This document shows positions 13,901-27,129 of a stretch of 64,000 nt of DNA, piece by piece. The notes beneath the pieces are model-generated. The model ran no database searches, had not been told where the DNA came from, and worked only from the letters and a program-made list of their open reading frames with translations. The position numbers were made by a program, and so were the translations under genes. Where the stretch lies: the NCBI RefSeq assembly GCF_004010195.1, contig NC_057726.1:61669835-61733834 (forward strand), given 5' to 3'. Source of the DNA: Chiloscyllium plagiosum. Its lineage: Eukaryota. Each line of letters begins with the position of its first letter. The stretch's first letter is position 1.

Positions 13901-14140
13901 TGATCCACAAAGCTGAAGCCCTCCCTCCTGCACCAGAACTGCAGCCACGTGTTCATCTGAATTCGCTCTCTATTCTTAGCCCCACTAGCACCTGGAACCA
14001 GTAGCATTCCTGAGATTACTACGGTACTTGTCCTGACCTCTAGCTTCCCATCTAAATCTGTACACTCTATTTTAGGCTGTCTTCCCTTTCCCTACCTCTG
14101 TCATTGGTGCCAATGTGTACCATGACTTCTGGCTGCTCTC
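10925..14140 (-). mobile_element. Degenerate CR1 LINE (ORF1 remnant, endonuclease, RT)
   Basis: ORF fragments with GFNFPNI, VYMDFSK and KLADDTK; short tandem-repeat 3' tail near 10930. Confidence 0.9.
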
Positions 14141-16564
14141 CGTCGTTAATAACCTTCAAATGGCTTTGTTTTATTTTGTTTTCAGTCACGACAGGGACAC
14201 TACTCTCCAAAGACGTCCCTTGTCAACAATTGCCTTTTATCGTTAGCTTAATGCCGTAAATACCTCTTCAGGCCGCAGTACTCCAGTTCCTTTATCAAAA
14301 CAATTCCTCTTCACATAAGCAACTTATTTATCGGCAGCTCAGAATTGCATGCCACTGTCATCGTTAACAACCTTCAAACATCAGAGTATCCACCAGCAAA
14401 GACGGGACTGACAATTAAATCCATTTAAATTTCTCTGTTTCAGACCTGATGAGGACAAATTGAGACTTATTTTAACCAGAGATAACGAAAAATATTCCAA
14501 ATCGTGTTCTGTTGGTGCTATACACAAGAAATGATCGCAACGTTGTTTTTGGTGATACCTGGATATGAACAGCGAGGAAAAAGAAACTTGGGCAATGCCG
14601 TTTAATTGATTGAAATGAGAAAGGAAAGTTTTGTGAAAGGAAGATCAGGTCTTATCGACTTTCAGTTTGTTGCAGGTGGCGGTTTACTGAATGAAATTAT
14701 TTGACCTGAATTAGTAGATGAAACGCATTCAGGAATTTGTCGTCAATGGAGTTGCATAAACATTTGGTCGTCTGCTGCAAGGGCTGGGCTGGAATTCATT
14801 ACTACTGTAAAATTCAAAAGCCTCTTAGTGTTTTAACAATCTGTTCAGTGACCGAATCTTCTGACAGAAAGTAATTTATCTTAAGTATTTTATGAAATCA
14901 AAACGACTATGGTAGCTTATATCATCAAAACGTTTCATCATCTTGAACATCGCGATCCTACTCGATGAAGGAGAATAATACCACATGTTATACATCACTG
15001 AAGTTTCTCAACCCTGACAACATTCCAAGAAATGTCTTGGCATCTTTCAGGATTGGGCATAATACTCCAGGCTGAGGCTAGTTCATGTTTAGCATAACTC
15101 ACTTGCCTTATGTTTTATGTCCCACTTGTCCTCCCACCTTGAAAATATTGTGAACACATCACAGACCTTTACTTTCAATTAAATAACCTTTCTCTTGGCA
15201 ATCACTAAAATGTGAATCATTCCTTTTGCTTGCTTTGCAAAAACAGCATTATGGGCATTAGGGCAAGGCAGGATTGTTGTCCATCCCTAATTATCTTTGA
15301 GGGAATCCTCATTATTGATGTTTATGTGGATTAGGAAAGCTAACAGTCTTGTGATTTTCTAATCAACGTATTTAGAGATGTTATAATATATGCCTGGAGC
15401 CTGTGTGATTTGGACTAGGATCTGTTGGCTCAGACGTAGGGACACAATCATTGCACGACAGGAACCCTTGAAGTGGCAGGTGTTGGCTGGAAATGCATGG
15501 CTACCCAACATTTTAACTAATTCGGGACAGAGTTCTGGAAATTATACTGATAATTGGTCCTTTATAAACACTAACCAAAGCTGTGAGGTATTTAATATTG
15601 CAATAGACAGGTAAAATTCCTCTTGCCTCCAACTTGATCTTTTGCTGTGATGTTCAGTTGGCAATTTGGTTGTTGAGTAATTGTTTCCCGTCATTAAAAC
15701 CCATTAACTGACAAATTTGCACATCTAATCATGACACTGTTATCCATGTGTCGCGTTGCAATAAAGATATGTTGAAGAAGTTAAAGACAAGTACCACTGG
15801 AGCAGAGATTAATCTTTGCACACAGGCGTAAATGAGTGTGCCAACTGTTTGTTGCGCTTCCCGCAATTATATTAAATATACTATACATTAATGCTTTCCA
15901 GAGATTTCAGATTCGACAGTTTTTTTCTAAGCTAAAGAACTGAGGACTGAAACGTTTTTAATATCATCATTAGGTTTTATTGGTATCATTGTATGAATGA
16001 ACAGATCAGCAATTAGCTCATTGAATGGTGGATTAGACTTGATCGGCTGAATGGCCTCGTCTTATATTGTCAATCGAATGGAAACGGCATAGAAAGAGAA
16101 TAGTCCGCTCATTAGATGGTGTGGGCTCTCCAGCTACACAGCCAGCCACTCACGCTTATGTTTTTTTTATCTCTACCCTGAAATAATTATAAAATTCCCA
16201 TTGGAATGCCGCAAATGCAACTGTCTCCAATGCACTCTCAATCAGTGTACTCCAGATCCTAACCAAACGTAAAATGCCACTGATTGGATACATAACTCTA
16301 GTGTTTCTGTCTCTTAAAATTTATTTGTAATGCCCATGATCCTTTAGGCCTTTCAACCATTGACTCAACGGACAGTGCATCTTTAATGATTTTGCGTATG
16401 TTTGCGCCCCTTTTAGAGCTCTGTACTTTCTTTACTTTTCCATTGTATTGTTTTTTCAAGCCAAAATACATTGCTTGACATTTATCTACCTAAGAGGAGA
16501 CAGTAGTGATTGATATTGTCACTGCATTCTGAACCCAGAGAACTGGATTAATATCAAATATTTA

Positions 16565-18250
16565 AAAAATCCAAGTATGACCTTTGCGGAGCCATTAAGA
16601 CAGCCAAAGGACCAATACCGATCCAAACTAGAGACCAAGACAGACACCCGGCGACGATGGAAAGGACTGAATGACATCACAGGTTCTAACAAGAGACAGT
16701 GCAAGATAGCAGACGATGACACATTCCTCCCAGGTCGACTTCTGTGCTCGCTTTCAACAGAGTTTTGGCGGAGAGGTAACACCTATTCCGACAAGTCCTG
16801 ACGAACCTATTCCAAGAGTCACTGCATCAGAGGTCAGATCAGTTTTTCTTCATGTGAATCCAAGGAAAGGATGGGACCAGACGGAGTATCAGGCCGTGCA
16901 CTCAGAGCATGCATAGATCAACTGGTAGAGGTCTTCTCGGACATATTCAACCGCTGCCTGTTTCAAGAGGGCCAACATCATCCCTGTGCCTCAGAAGGCT
17001 CATGCAGCATATCTCAATGACTATCGCCCAGTGGCTCTAACTTCGGTGGTCATGAAATGCTTTGAAAGGCTGGTCATGTCATTAATCAACTCCAGCCTCC
17101 CTACTACTCGTGACCCACTCCAATTGGCCAACAGATCCACTTCAGATGCCATATCACTTGCCCTTCACTCTTCCCGAGAACATCTTGACCCAAGAACAGC
17201 TCCGTAATAATCCTAATCATTGACTACAGTTCAGCCTTCAACACTATTATCCCCTGAAGACTGATTATTAAGCTTAGTGATCTCGGAAGAAGCCCCACTC
17301 TCTGCAACTGGATCCTTACCCAGAGGCCACAATCAGTGAAGATTGGGGACAATAGTTCATCCTCACTAACACTCAACACTGGAGCCCCTCAGGGGTGGTA
17401 CTCAGTCCCCTACTGTACTCACTGTATACCCATGACTGCAGCACCAAGTACCCGACTAATACCATTTACAAGCTCGCTGATGACACCACCATAGTCGGTC
17501 GAATCTCAGAAGGCGACGAAACACACGGCAGGTGGAAGTCCTGGAGAAATGGTGTACTGAGAACAACCCAGCTCTCAATGCCTGCAAAACCAAGGAACTC
17601 ATTATTGTATTTCAGCGGGATGTTAATCATGCCCCTACACATTAACAGCACAGAGGTGGAATGAGTTGAGAGTGTCAAGCTCCTGGCAGTGGTTATCCAC
17701 AACAAGCTTTCTTCGACTCTTCATTTGGAGGCACTGGTTACAAAGGCCCAACAACGTCTCTTCTTCCTCAGGCAGCTGTGGAAATTTGGCATGATGGCGA
17801 ATACACTTGCAAAATTTTTGTAGGTGCGTTATTGAGAGCATTCTGTCTGGATAAATCACCACCTGGTATGGTAACTGTACCGTTCAAGATCGGAGACGGT
17901 TACAGAGAATGGTGAACTCAGCTCTGACAATCACAAAAGCCAACTTCCCATCCGCAGAATCCATCTACCAGGCCCGCTATCAAAGAAAGGCTGCCAGCAT
18001 TCTCAAAGATCCATTCCACTCTGGCAGTGTTTTTCGACAACTTCTACCATCGAGAAAGTACAGAGGTCTGAACACGCACCAGCTGTTTTGTAACAGTTTT
18101 TACGCTACAGTTGCTAGAATACTGAATGGACTCACAAACTCTTAACATTCGCCTGTACCGTGTTGCTTAACTATGTGATCTGCCTGCCTGCATGACAAAA
18201 CTTTTCACTGTGCCTCGGTACACGTGACAATAGATTCAATTCAATTCAAT
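16565..18250 (+). mobile_element. Rex1/Babar-type LINE, degenerate
   Basis: [42 protein letters not shown] and ADDTT motifs; (TTCAA)n tail. Confidence 0.85.
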
Positions 18251-19111
18251 ATTTTCGCACAGCAGCTTGAACTCATGAGTGATAGCGCATTCAATTTAAC
18301 TTCGATCTGGAATTAAAAACAAGTCAAATGGATCCACGTCCACTTGTTCTAAACACGCATCTGCTTCATTATTCCCTTTTGGAAAGGAATGTCTCCCACC
18401 TTGGCCTGGCTTCCAATAATATTGTTGATTCTTAAATACCTTTTATTCGTTTTTGAAATGGCTTTGCAATTCACTCTCTTTTATCTCCAGTACAAATTCC
18501 GACAAATGGAAATAAATAGATGGACCAATCTGCATCAAGCGAGTTACTAAAACAACAAGACAATGACAACCTCAGCACTGTGCACCCACTACTATGTCCT
18601 CCTTAGATCGTATTTGAAACAAATTTTGGAGATATTGCCCACTGATTAGCCAAGCAACGTCCTGAAATACTCAGTCACTTGGAATCATATTTTATGGTGT
18701 TCCAGGCAGCACTCTATCCTATTTCTGTATCAGGCTTGCCTATGCAGAGATGTTTGCACAATGATATACATTTGAGAGACATTCCTCAGGATTGACACTG
18801 CACCCCATGAAGATTCATACTATCAGGTCACACGTAGATAAGGAAACATTGTGATGAGGTCGAACTTGCACCTGCCACTCCCGTCTGCAGTTAAATCAGT
18901 TGTTCTCCATTTTACATGCTATAAAGTGTGCGCACTGAGGCTGGCAGCGGCATAATCTACACTCTGCATAAAGGATTTCAATTTCTATCATCAATAGTGG
19001 TGTATCATAGCGCCTGCTAACTGAGCAGATGAAACCCTAAAGGTAAAGTTGCAATCGACTTACCAGGCCACATGGTTGACTTGTCAGTGCAGATGGATGA
19101 CTGGTGGTGGT

Positions 19112-19505
19112 TTAACTTGACAGTCCACACAGCTCAGGTGAGGAGGGAGATTGGGAAGGCAACTCTTCTATGGTAACCTCAGTTGATGTTTTCAGATGGA
19201 AACTTCTCAACCAACATTGAACCCACATGATGTTGGCATTACTACATCGCAAACTAAATAATGTTTGTTGGTTTGCTATTGTAAGTGAGGACGGTGTCCT
19301 AATCGCTTGGTTGGAAAACTTTATGAAGCTATAACCATGACCTGAGATATCAGATGAAGAGTATTGCGTCCCAAAAGTCTGAGAAATAGGAGATTCCCTG
19401 CTCGCTGTTGGTTGAGAAGTTTCCATCTGAAAACAATGCGTTTCTGACATAACTGTCATACTGCTTTCCAATAAATTATCAACTAGTTTCGAGCCTTATC
19501 TCGGT
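19112..19505 (-). pseudogene. Candidate terminal Ser/Thr-rich exon (TQYSSS, GYSFI) with an early in-frame stop; the distal part runs into an old repeat
   Basis: Acceptor gttattttcag| in phase 2 puts the exon in the frame of ORF 19112..19471. A TAA occurs at the third full codon. Confidence 0.3.
19187..19435. repeat. Perfect 30-bp inverted repeat (19187-19216 and 19406-19435)
   Basis: TGTTTTCAGATGGAAACTTCTCAACCAACA and its exact reverse complement. Confidence 0.92.
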
Positions 19506-19723
19506 CTGAAAATAACGATTTAGGTCAGAGGCATAACCATTTCGCTCTTATTGCGCGTATTCACCTATGTGCAGGACATTGAAAATATTTAGGTCTGGGA
19601 GCTTCAAGTCCACCACGACTTCGAGATCATTGAAAATCACTGGAACAGCAGTTAGGATTAATAATCCTGCTAATTTCCCTTCCTTCGCTCCAGGGCTATG
19701 TTGATAATATCATTTTTACTCAC

Positions 19724-19788
19724 GTAAGATGTGAAATACCAGACCCCCTATTCACATCGTTCACAGTTACAGCTATTAATTTAGCAGC
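19724..19788 (-). pseudogene. Candidate exon AAKLIAVTVNDVNRGSGISHL
   Basis: Acceptor cttgctgcttttcag| and donor AC|GTGAGT. Phase 0 to 2, which matches the next candidate exon at 19505. Confidence 0.35.
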
Positions 19789-21169
19789 CTGAAAAGCAGC
19801 AAGTATTATTCACCATGCTGTTTGTTGGCATTTCCAAATGGAAGCGCGAGGAGAAGCGAAATAAAGAGATCGTTATTTTGCTAATAAAATTAAAAGAAAA
19901 GGTAGTATTAGACGTGTAAAAAAAGACAATAATTGCTAGAGAAACTCAAACTGTGGCGACATCTGAAGGAATAAAGTAGATTTAACGGTTCGATTCCAGT
20001 GAATCTTCATCAGAACTCAACAAATAGAAATGGGAGTTTTGTTATTCATAGAATTCAGCTTCTTGTAGTTTCCAAATCTTCTGTGAGTTCTATTGGTTTT
20101 GTTCCAAACCTGTAAACGAATTTAATTCAGGATTTGGTTATTTACCACCGTCCATTTGAACCATGCACATTTTGAATATTGGCAACATAAGCGTAGGACT
20201 GGGTTGCACCCCAGTTCTTTTCAGTAGCCTCTAGATCTACTGTCAATTGCCTTTAGCCTTTGTTATTTGGTTTCTGACCCTTCTGTAGCTGGAAACAGTT
20301 TTCTTTAATTTGCATTTTACATCTGCTGCGAATTCTGACCTCCAGCATCAATTTGCCCAATCCTTTTCGATTGTGACGAGAAAACCCTTACCTTCTTCAG
20401 TCTCCCAACATAGCTGAATCCTTCAATCTCGCTTTCATTCTGGTAAATGCCTTCCCGGCGATATTTCCGTTTTCGTGGTGATACCCTCCCTGAACTATGG
20501 TGGCAGATTTGAACATAACACTCCAGCTGAGACATAAGTAGTCTTAACAAATGTTTAGTGCATCTTCCTTGCTTCATCCATCATCTCTCCATAAATAATC
20601 TCGAGAATCCGCGATGTCTATTAACCTTTTCCTTTGCCCACCCAACCTCAAAAAATGTACATATATGCGAGGAATGTGTCTATTGAAATTTCCTACCTTG
20701 TCGCAGTAGTAAAATTCCAGTAATTGCATTATTTCATTTTTTTTTTCTTCATAGTTTCGTCTTCAGGAATGTTAGTTCAGATTGCAGTTCTTTCGGAAGC
20801 ATAAATATAGAAGCCCTGATATCTGACCTAATTAACGACGCAGTGCTGCATGTCATAGAATTAAACTACGACCAGGGCTGTTCTTAGATTACAACATTCA
20901 TACATCTTCATGCTTTTTCGAGGTGTCTGATCATGGAATGAATTTGCAATTATTCTTTTCTGAGCAAGTGACTTTGCAGTGACAATTTGATCATGAAGAA
21001 TTATTATGTATCTCAAATAGCCCCGCCGCATTCCTTAATGACCCCCAGCAAATAGCCAGCAATGCGCCCTATTCACCTATTGATTATCGTCACTAGGACT
21101 TGTCATGAAAAATGAATCGAAACAGGCGCATGAGATTTAGCCCTGGAACAGAGCTTCTACGTCAAAATG

Positions 21170-22130
21170 CCGAGCTGTGATGCTGTTTGAGGGTACCCAG
21201 CCACAGCTGCTACAAAGATTATGGTGCTCGGGCCTGGCACCTCCTTATATTAACACGGAAGATATGTGTTCCTGAACGTGGTAGGATACGAGCCAAGCTG
21301 TTTCATCGCACAGACAAAAGTGGCGTATACCCCACAATTTGTAAGGTAGCCTGCTCAAATGCCCGGTTTGCAAACCGTGAAGGCGAAATTAAATATGGGC
21401 AATCAACGTTCCATCAGCCTACTTTTTATCTTCAGCGGAGAGCTGAAAGCTCTCATCGATATTGCTATCAGGCGAAGCTTGTACAACAATAATCTGCTCC
21501 AAAAGGTTTGACTTGAGTTTCATCAAATTTACTCGATCTTGGAGCACATGACAGTCTTGATTCAAGCATGGCCAAAGGGCCAGAGGTGAGACAAGAGTGA
21601 CTTCCCTTGATACGAAGGCAGCGATGGTCTCAACAAAACCTCGAAAATATTGTCAATGGGAATCAGACACGAGGGAGTGGGAGTTGAGGTATAAAACACT
21701 CACCAATGATTGGAGTTATATCTGGCGCAGGGAAGATTATTTTATTTTTGGATGTCAATCATTTCAGAGTCCAGACCATTACTGCAGGATAAAAGGAGGG
21801 CGATGTTCTGGGCCATCCATCTCACCTACTTCTTAGTGATTTTGTTGAAAGTGTAAGTGATTACTAACGATTCCGCAATCTTCATCACTGGTCGCAGCTC
21901 CTCAGAAATTGAATTACACATGTTGAAGTGCGGAATACCCATTTGGTATTGGGTAGGTGGCAAGTTACCTCGCCTGCACATCCATGGAGTTGATCTTCTA
22001 ACCAAGACAAAACAGAGTTTAGACCTCGGCCTTCTTAGATAGAGTTCTGCCACGTCGAGATCTCCTAGTGTTTGACCAACGTTTTTCAGGGCAAAATCAC
22101 CTACACATTTTTGGGACTTATGCCTCATTG
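21170..22130 (+). mobile_element. Ancient LINE RT fragment (CR1/L2 group)
   Basis: Degenerate AKLF...GVYPT and downstream RT-like sequence with many stops. Confidence 0.5.
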
Positions 22131-22551
22131 TTAATTGAGTGTGCTTTGTTTCAGTTCCACTTCTGCGACTTGTGATCACATTGATCTGACATCACTATAC
22201 ACAAATTGCAGGGCCGTGGAAGCCCGTCATGATTCACGGGGATATTGATAGTTACAGTTGCCTGCTTCCCTTTATCTGAAGTACCTACGTGAAGAAACAG
22301 AAGGGATGGGTTACTCGTAGAATGTTCCAGTAACAAATTGTTGTTGACCTAGTCATCTTTGAGTTCATCTTTCAACCGACTTCATGAAGAAAAATGCAAA
22401 TTACATAGCAGCGTCAAAAACTGTTGGAAAATCTCGGCAGATCTGGCAGCATGTGGGGAAAGAAAGCAGAGCTGACGCTCTGAAAAAGACCTGCTCAGTG
22501 TTTCCGGCCATTTCTGTTTTTGTTTCTCATTTATACGAAAGCTTTCAAAAG

Positions 22552-24660
22552 CTGGTTGGGTGCAGATGTTCACAGGTAAAGGGATGGCTGGAAAATGGGA
22601 AGCCTTCAGAAATGAGTTAATGAGTGTTCAGAGAAAGTATATTCCTATTAGGGTGAAAGGAAAGGCTGATAGGTACAAGGTATGCTGGATGATGAAAGAA
22701 ATTGAGGGATTGGTTAAGGAAAAAAGGAAGCAAATGTCAGGTATACAGGATAGTTTAAGTGAATCCTGAGAAGAGTATAAAGGCAGTAGGAGTATACTTA
22801 AGAGAGCGCAAAAAGGAGACATGAGGTAGCATTGGCAAATAGAGTTAAGGAGAATCCAAAGGGTTTTTGCAAATACACTAAACACAAAAGGGTAACGAGG
22901 GAGACAATAGGGCCCCTCAAAGATCAGAAAGGCAGCCTTTGTGTGGAGCTGCAGGAAATGGGACAGATAATAAACGAATATTTTGGCATCAGTATTTACG
23001 ATGGAAAAGGACATGGAAGGTAAAGAATGTCGTGAAATAGATGGTGACACCTTGTAGAATGTCCATATTACAGGGGAGGACGTACTCGATGGCTTGAAAT
23101 GCATAAAAGTGTATAAATCCCCAGGACCTGATCAGGTGCAACCTAGAACTCTGTGGTAAGCGAGGGAAGTGATTGCTGGGCCCCTTGCTGAGTTACTTGT
23201 ATCATCGATAGTCACAGGTGAGATGCCAGAAGACTGGAGGTTGACTAATGTAGTGCCACTGTTTAAGAAAGGTGATAAGGACAGGCCAGGGAACTATAGA
23301 CCAGTGAGCCTGACATCAGTGGTGGGAAAGTTGTTGGAGGAAATCCTGAGGGACAGGATGCACATGTATTTGGAACGGCAAGGACAAATTAGGGATAGTC
23401 AACATGGCTTTATGCGTGGGAAATCATGTCTCACAAACTCGATAGAGTTTTTTGAAGAATTAACAAGAGGATTGATGAGGGCATAGCAGTAGGTGTGATC
23501 TATATGGACTTCAGCAAGGCGTCCAGCAAGATTCCCTATGGCAGACTGGTTAGCAAGGTTAGATCTCATGGAATACAGGGAGAACTCACCATATGGATAC
23601 AGAACTGGCTCAAAGATAGAAGACAGGGGGTGGTGGTGGAGGGTTGTTTTTCAGACTGGAGGCCTGTGACCAGAGGAATGCCAAAAGGACCGGGGCTGGG
23701 TCCACTACTTTTCATCATAAATATAAATGATTTGGATAAGTGAACATAAGTGATATAGTTAGTAAGTTTGCTGATGACACAAAAATTGGAGGTATAGTGG
23801 ACAGCGAAGAAGGTTACCTCAGATTACAACGGGATCTTGATCAGATGGGCCAGTGGGCTGAGAAGTGGCAGATGGAGTTTAATTTAGATAAATGTGAGGT
23901 GCTGCATTTTGGGAAAGCAAATCTTAGCACGACTTAAACACTTAACGGTAAGGTCCTAAGGAGTGTTGCTAAACAAAGAGGCCTTGGAGTGTAGGTTCAT
24001 AGCTCCTTGAAAGTGGAGTCGCAGGTAGATAGGATAGTGAAGAAGGCGTTTGGTATGCTTTTCTTTATTGGTCAGAGTCTTGAGTACAAGAGTTAGGAGC
24101 TCATGTTGTGGCTGTACAGGACATTGGTTAGGGCACTTTTGAAATATTCCGTACAATTCTGGTCTCCTTCCTATCGGAAAGATGTTGTGAAACTTGAAAT
24201 GGTTCAGGGAAGATTTACAAGAATGTTGCCAGGGTTGGAGGATTTGAGCTATAGGGAGAGGTTGAATAGGCTAGGGCTGTTTTCCCTGAAGTGTCAGAGG
24301 CTGAGGGGTAACCATATAGAAGTTTATAAAATCATGAGGGGCATTGATAGGATAAACGGACAAAGTATTTTCCCTTGTGTGGGGGAGTCCAGAACTAGAG
24401 GGCATAAGTTTAGGGTGAGAGGGGAAAGATATAAAAGAGACCTAAGAGGCAACATTTTTCACTGAAAGAGTGTTACGTGTATGAAATGAGCTGCCAGAGG
24501 AAGTGGTGCAGGCTAATACAGTTGCAACATTTAAAATACATCTGGATGGCTTTGGAGGGATATGGGCCAGGTGCGACTAGATTGGTTTGGAATATCTGGT
24601 CAGCATGAACGAATTGGACCGAAGGGTCTGTTCCGTGCTATACATCTCTACGATACTATA
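22552..24660 (+). mobile_element. 5'-truncated CR1 LINE
   Basis: [29 protein letters not shown] and QFWSP fragments. Confidence 0.92.
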
Positions 24661-24689
24661 TTTACCCATGACTATGGGCAAATTATCAT

Positions 24690-24812
24690 GACTAATTCAC
24701 CTGACCAGCACATCTTTGAATTGCGGGAGTAAACGGAGCACCCGGAGGAAACCCACGTAGGCGCACACTCCACACAGATAGTCGCCCAAGACAGGAATCG
24801 AACCCAGGCCCC
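24690..24812 (-). mobile_element. SINE fragment
   Basis: cggagcacccggaggaaaccca and gaatcgaaccc match the SINE family. Confidence 0.7.
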
Positions 24813-25659
24813 GAGAAAATGGAAGTATAGGTAAACTTGAAACGGGCTCAACCTCTAACCACAAGTGTTCCCATTCTCTTCAACCAGAAGGCGCCTTTAT
24901 TTACAAATAAATATTTTGCAATCGTTCAAATTTGAGCAACGGCAATTGCGCATCCGAAACATAAATTGAAAATCGATGCCTCGATGATCAGAGCTCTCCA
25001 TCAACGTAGAATGCGTTACAAATAAAAGTAGCATTTATAAATGGAGCGAGTGAAAGCCGAGGCACTCACGCGCATTAGCAAAATCACAGAGACACGCGTG
25101 CACGACAAATCACGTTTATATTGCGCCAAGAACATAGTAAAATATTAAGGCATTTGGCAGCGAATATAACGGACTGGCAAAGCGATTTATTGGTGAAAAT
25201 AGCATTGGCAAAGAGACATGTTGTAAAAGGAGAGACAAAAACAGACTCAGTTCCGGATGAGCTTCCATAGATTTGGGAGCGTGCAGTTCAAACATGGCCG
25301 CCTATGGCGAAATACGGAAAATTGGAGTTGGAGTTGAACAAGAGGTCAGAATTGTAATAGAGATAATGTCCTGGATTGGAGGGATTTAAACGATAAAAAA
25401 AAGCCAAAAGAAAGATGTTGCAAAAAGAAGACAATGTGGCTCAGTGAATATGAAACAATGAATGAATTAGACTAAGGATGAGTGATATGCTAGAGCATAC
25501 ACTAAAAGTTAAACACATAAAAATGAGGATGCAGTCACAAAACCGGTGCACGCACAAGTTTAGACACACCTACAAATTAAAAGACTTGTGCTTATAAATA
25601 TTGAAGTCAAGTTGTTCCAAAGCACTTTAAAGCAAATCGGGTAAAATTTACATTCTTAC

Positions 25660-25791
25660 CAAGATCATTTGAGTTTTTGCCGTTCTGCTCCACGGGAGGT
25701 TTCTGTTCTCTGGAGCTCACCTTGATTTGAATGCCACCAGTTGATCAGATGGTAGCATACTACGCTTGATTGAGGAGAGGTTTGGCGAAAT
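25660..25791 (-). pseudogene. Orphan decayed cytoplasmic-type exon (YATI)
   Basis: Acceptor tctcgtcttgtag| and donor G|GTAAGA, 132 bp, phase 1-1. Reads FAKPLLNQA*YATI*STGGIQIKVSSREQKPPVEQNGKNSNDL. Confidence 0.45.
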
Positions 25792-26270
25792 CTACAAGAC
25801 GAGACCAGCACATATCTAGGTTAATATTCCAGTGCTGGACTGGGCAAATTCAGCAAGTGTTACTGTCTAAAGCATTGTTTTACAGATGCGATGTTAAACC
25901 AAATTCCCAATCATCTTCTTGGGTAAATTCCTGGGAGAATTTAATGGACCTGACGTCACTACTTTGAAGTACAGTTAAGAAGTTATCCCGAGTATCTTCA
26001 ATCTTTACCATTTACTTAGCATCACATGAGCAAAAGTTTACCTGGTCATTATCACATTGTTAATTTGGGAACGTTTCCTACGTCACAACTGGGACTACAC
26101 TTAGCAGTGTTCATTTTGAGAAGTCGAGTGAGTCTGAAAAGTGTGATACGACTTTTTTTTTGTTATGAAACATTAGCCCAAAGTCAAAGAGGTTGACATT
26201 TCTCTGTCAGTTAGTAAATTCGAAAATTGCCTTTGGTTGTCATGCCTTGTGAAATACCATGTTTACTTAC

Positions 26271-26460
26271 TGAAAACTAGAAAAACCTTTAAATGTCTTC
26301 ATTGAATGGTAAAATGGACTGTCCAGAAGAGGTCGCTATTTCCGTGTGAGATCGTGTTGGTCTGCGGATGTAACTGGCGCACATGTACGCGATCTTTTGC
26401 CTCATTCACCACTTCATAATGAATGTCATTATTTTCAAGTTGTGAATCGTGTTTTGTCTG
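26271..26460 (-). pseudogene. Orphan cytoplasmic-type exon with ITIM IHYEVV
   Basis: Acceptor ctactttag| and donor |GTAAGT, 190 bp, phase 0 to 1. Reads QTKHDSQLENNDIHYEVVNEAKDR... with one in-frame TGA. Confidence 0.45.
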
Positions 26461-27129
26461 CTAAAGTAGTTTCATTGATTTATTGCAAAACAATGATGTA
26501 TTGTGGTCATAATCGAGTGTCTAACCTTTAATAAATAAGCATTTTCAAAAACATGTTAAAAGCCAGCAAATGAAGTTGACATTGAATCTGAAGAGAAACT
26601 TGTCACAATTGGTAGATGTATTTCTCTCCACTGCGTAATGATAAGCGCTGGAAAACAGTTTCAAATTTTAATTTGCTTCCCGCACGCTGTTTAATAGAAT
26701 CCCAGTTCCAGTTTCCGTGTTATCCTTTACGCTGTCGAGGAGATTTGGCGAAATGGATGGACGGGACATTCCTGATGAAGGGCTTTTGCCCGATTTTCCT
26801 GCTCTCGGATGCTGCCTGACCTGCCGTGCTTTTCCCAGCACCACTCTAATCTAAACTCCAGCATCTGCAGTCCTCACTTTCGCCTTATTCATTCAATCAA
26901 GTCAATTCCCAGATAAATAGGTCAAAAAATGAAGGAAACAAAAACAGATTTTTTGGGGAAAAAACATAGCATATCTGGCAGTATTTGTGGAGAAAAAATG
27001 AATTAACAAGTCGTGTCCAGTGATCCTTCTTCAGAACTGAAATTATTTTATGATTGATATGCTTGTTATTATAGAAGATTGAGTGAAAAGATATTTAACC
27101 TTATTTGTGAAGATATCTTGAAAAATAAC

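Larger units (their letters stand above)
10535..15385 (-). promoter_or_regulatory. Orphan paralogous upstream/promoter region (gene B), homologous to about 53705-55420 and interrupted by a SINE and a CR1
   Basis: Colinear matches, for example tatcacatgactaatgcggcgtattg (10641 vs 53808), ctcttcaggccgcagtactcca (14264 vs 54014) and caaggcaggattgttgtccatccc (15264 vs 55298). Confidence 0.8.

Noticed and set aside
14820-15240. Duplicated segment as a possible conserved coding exon
   Set aside because: Both copies are full of stops, and this part is an ancient CR1 3' end copied along with the duplication.
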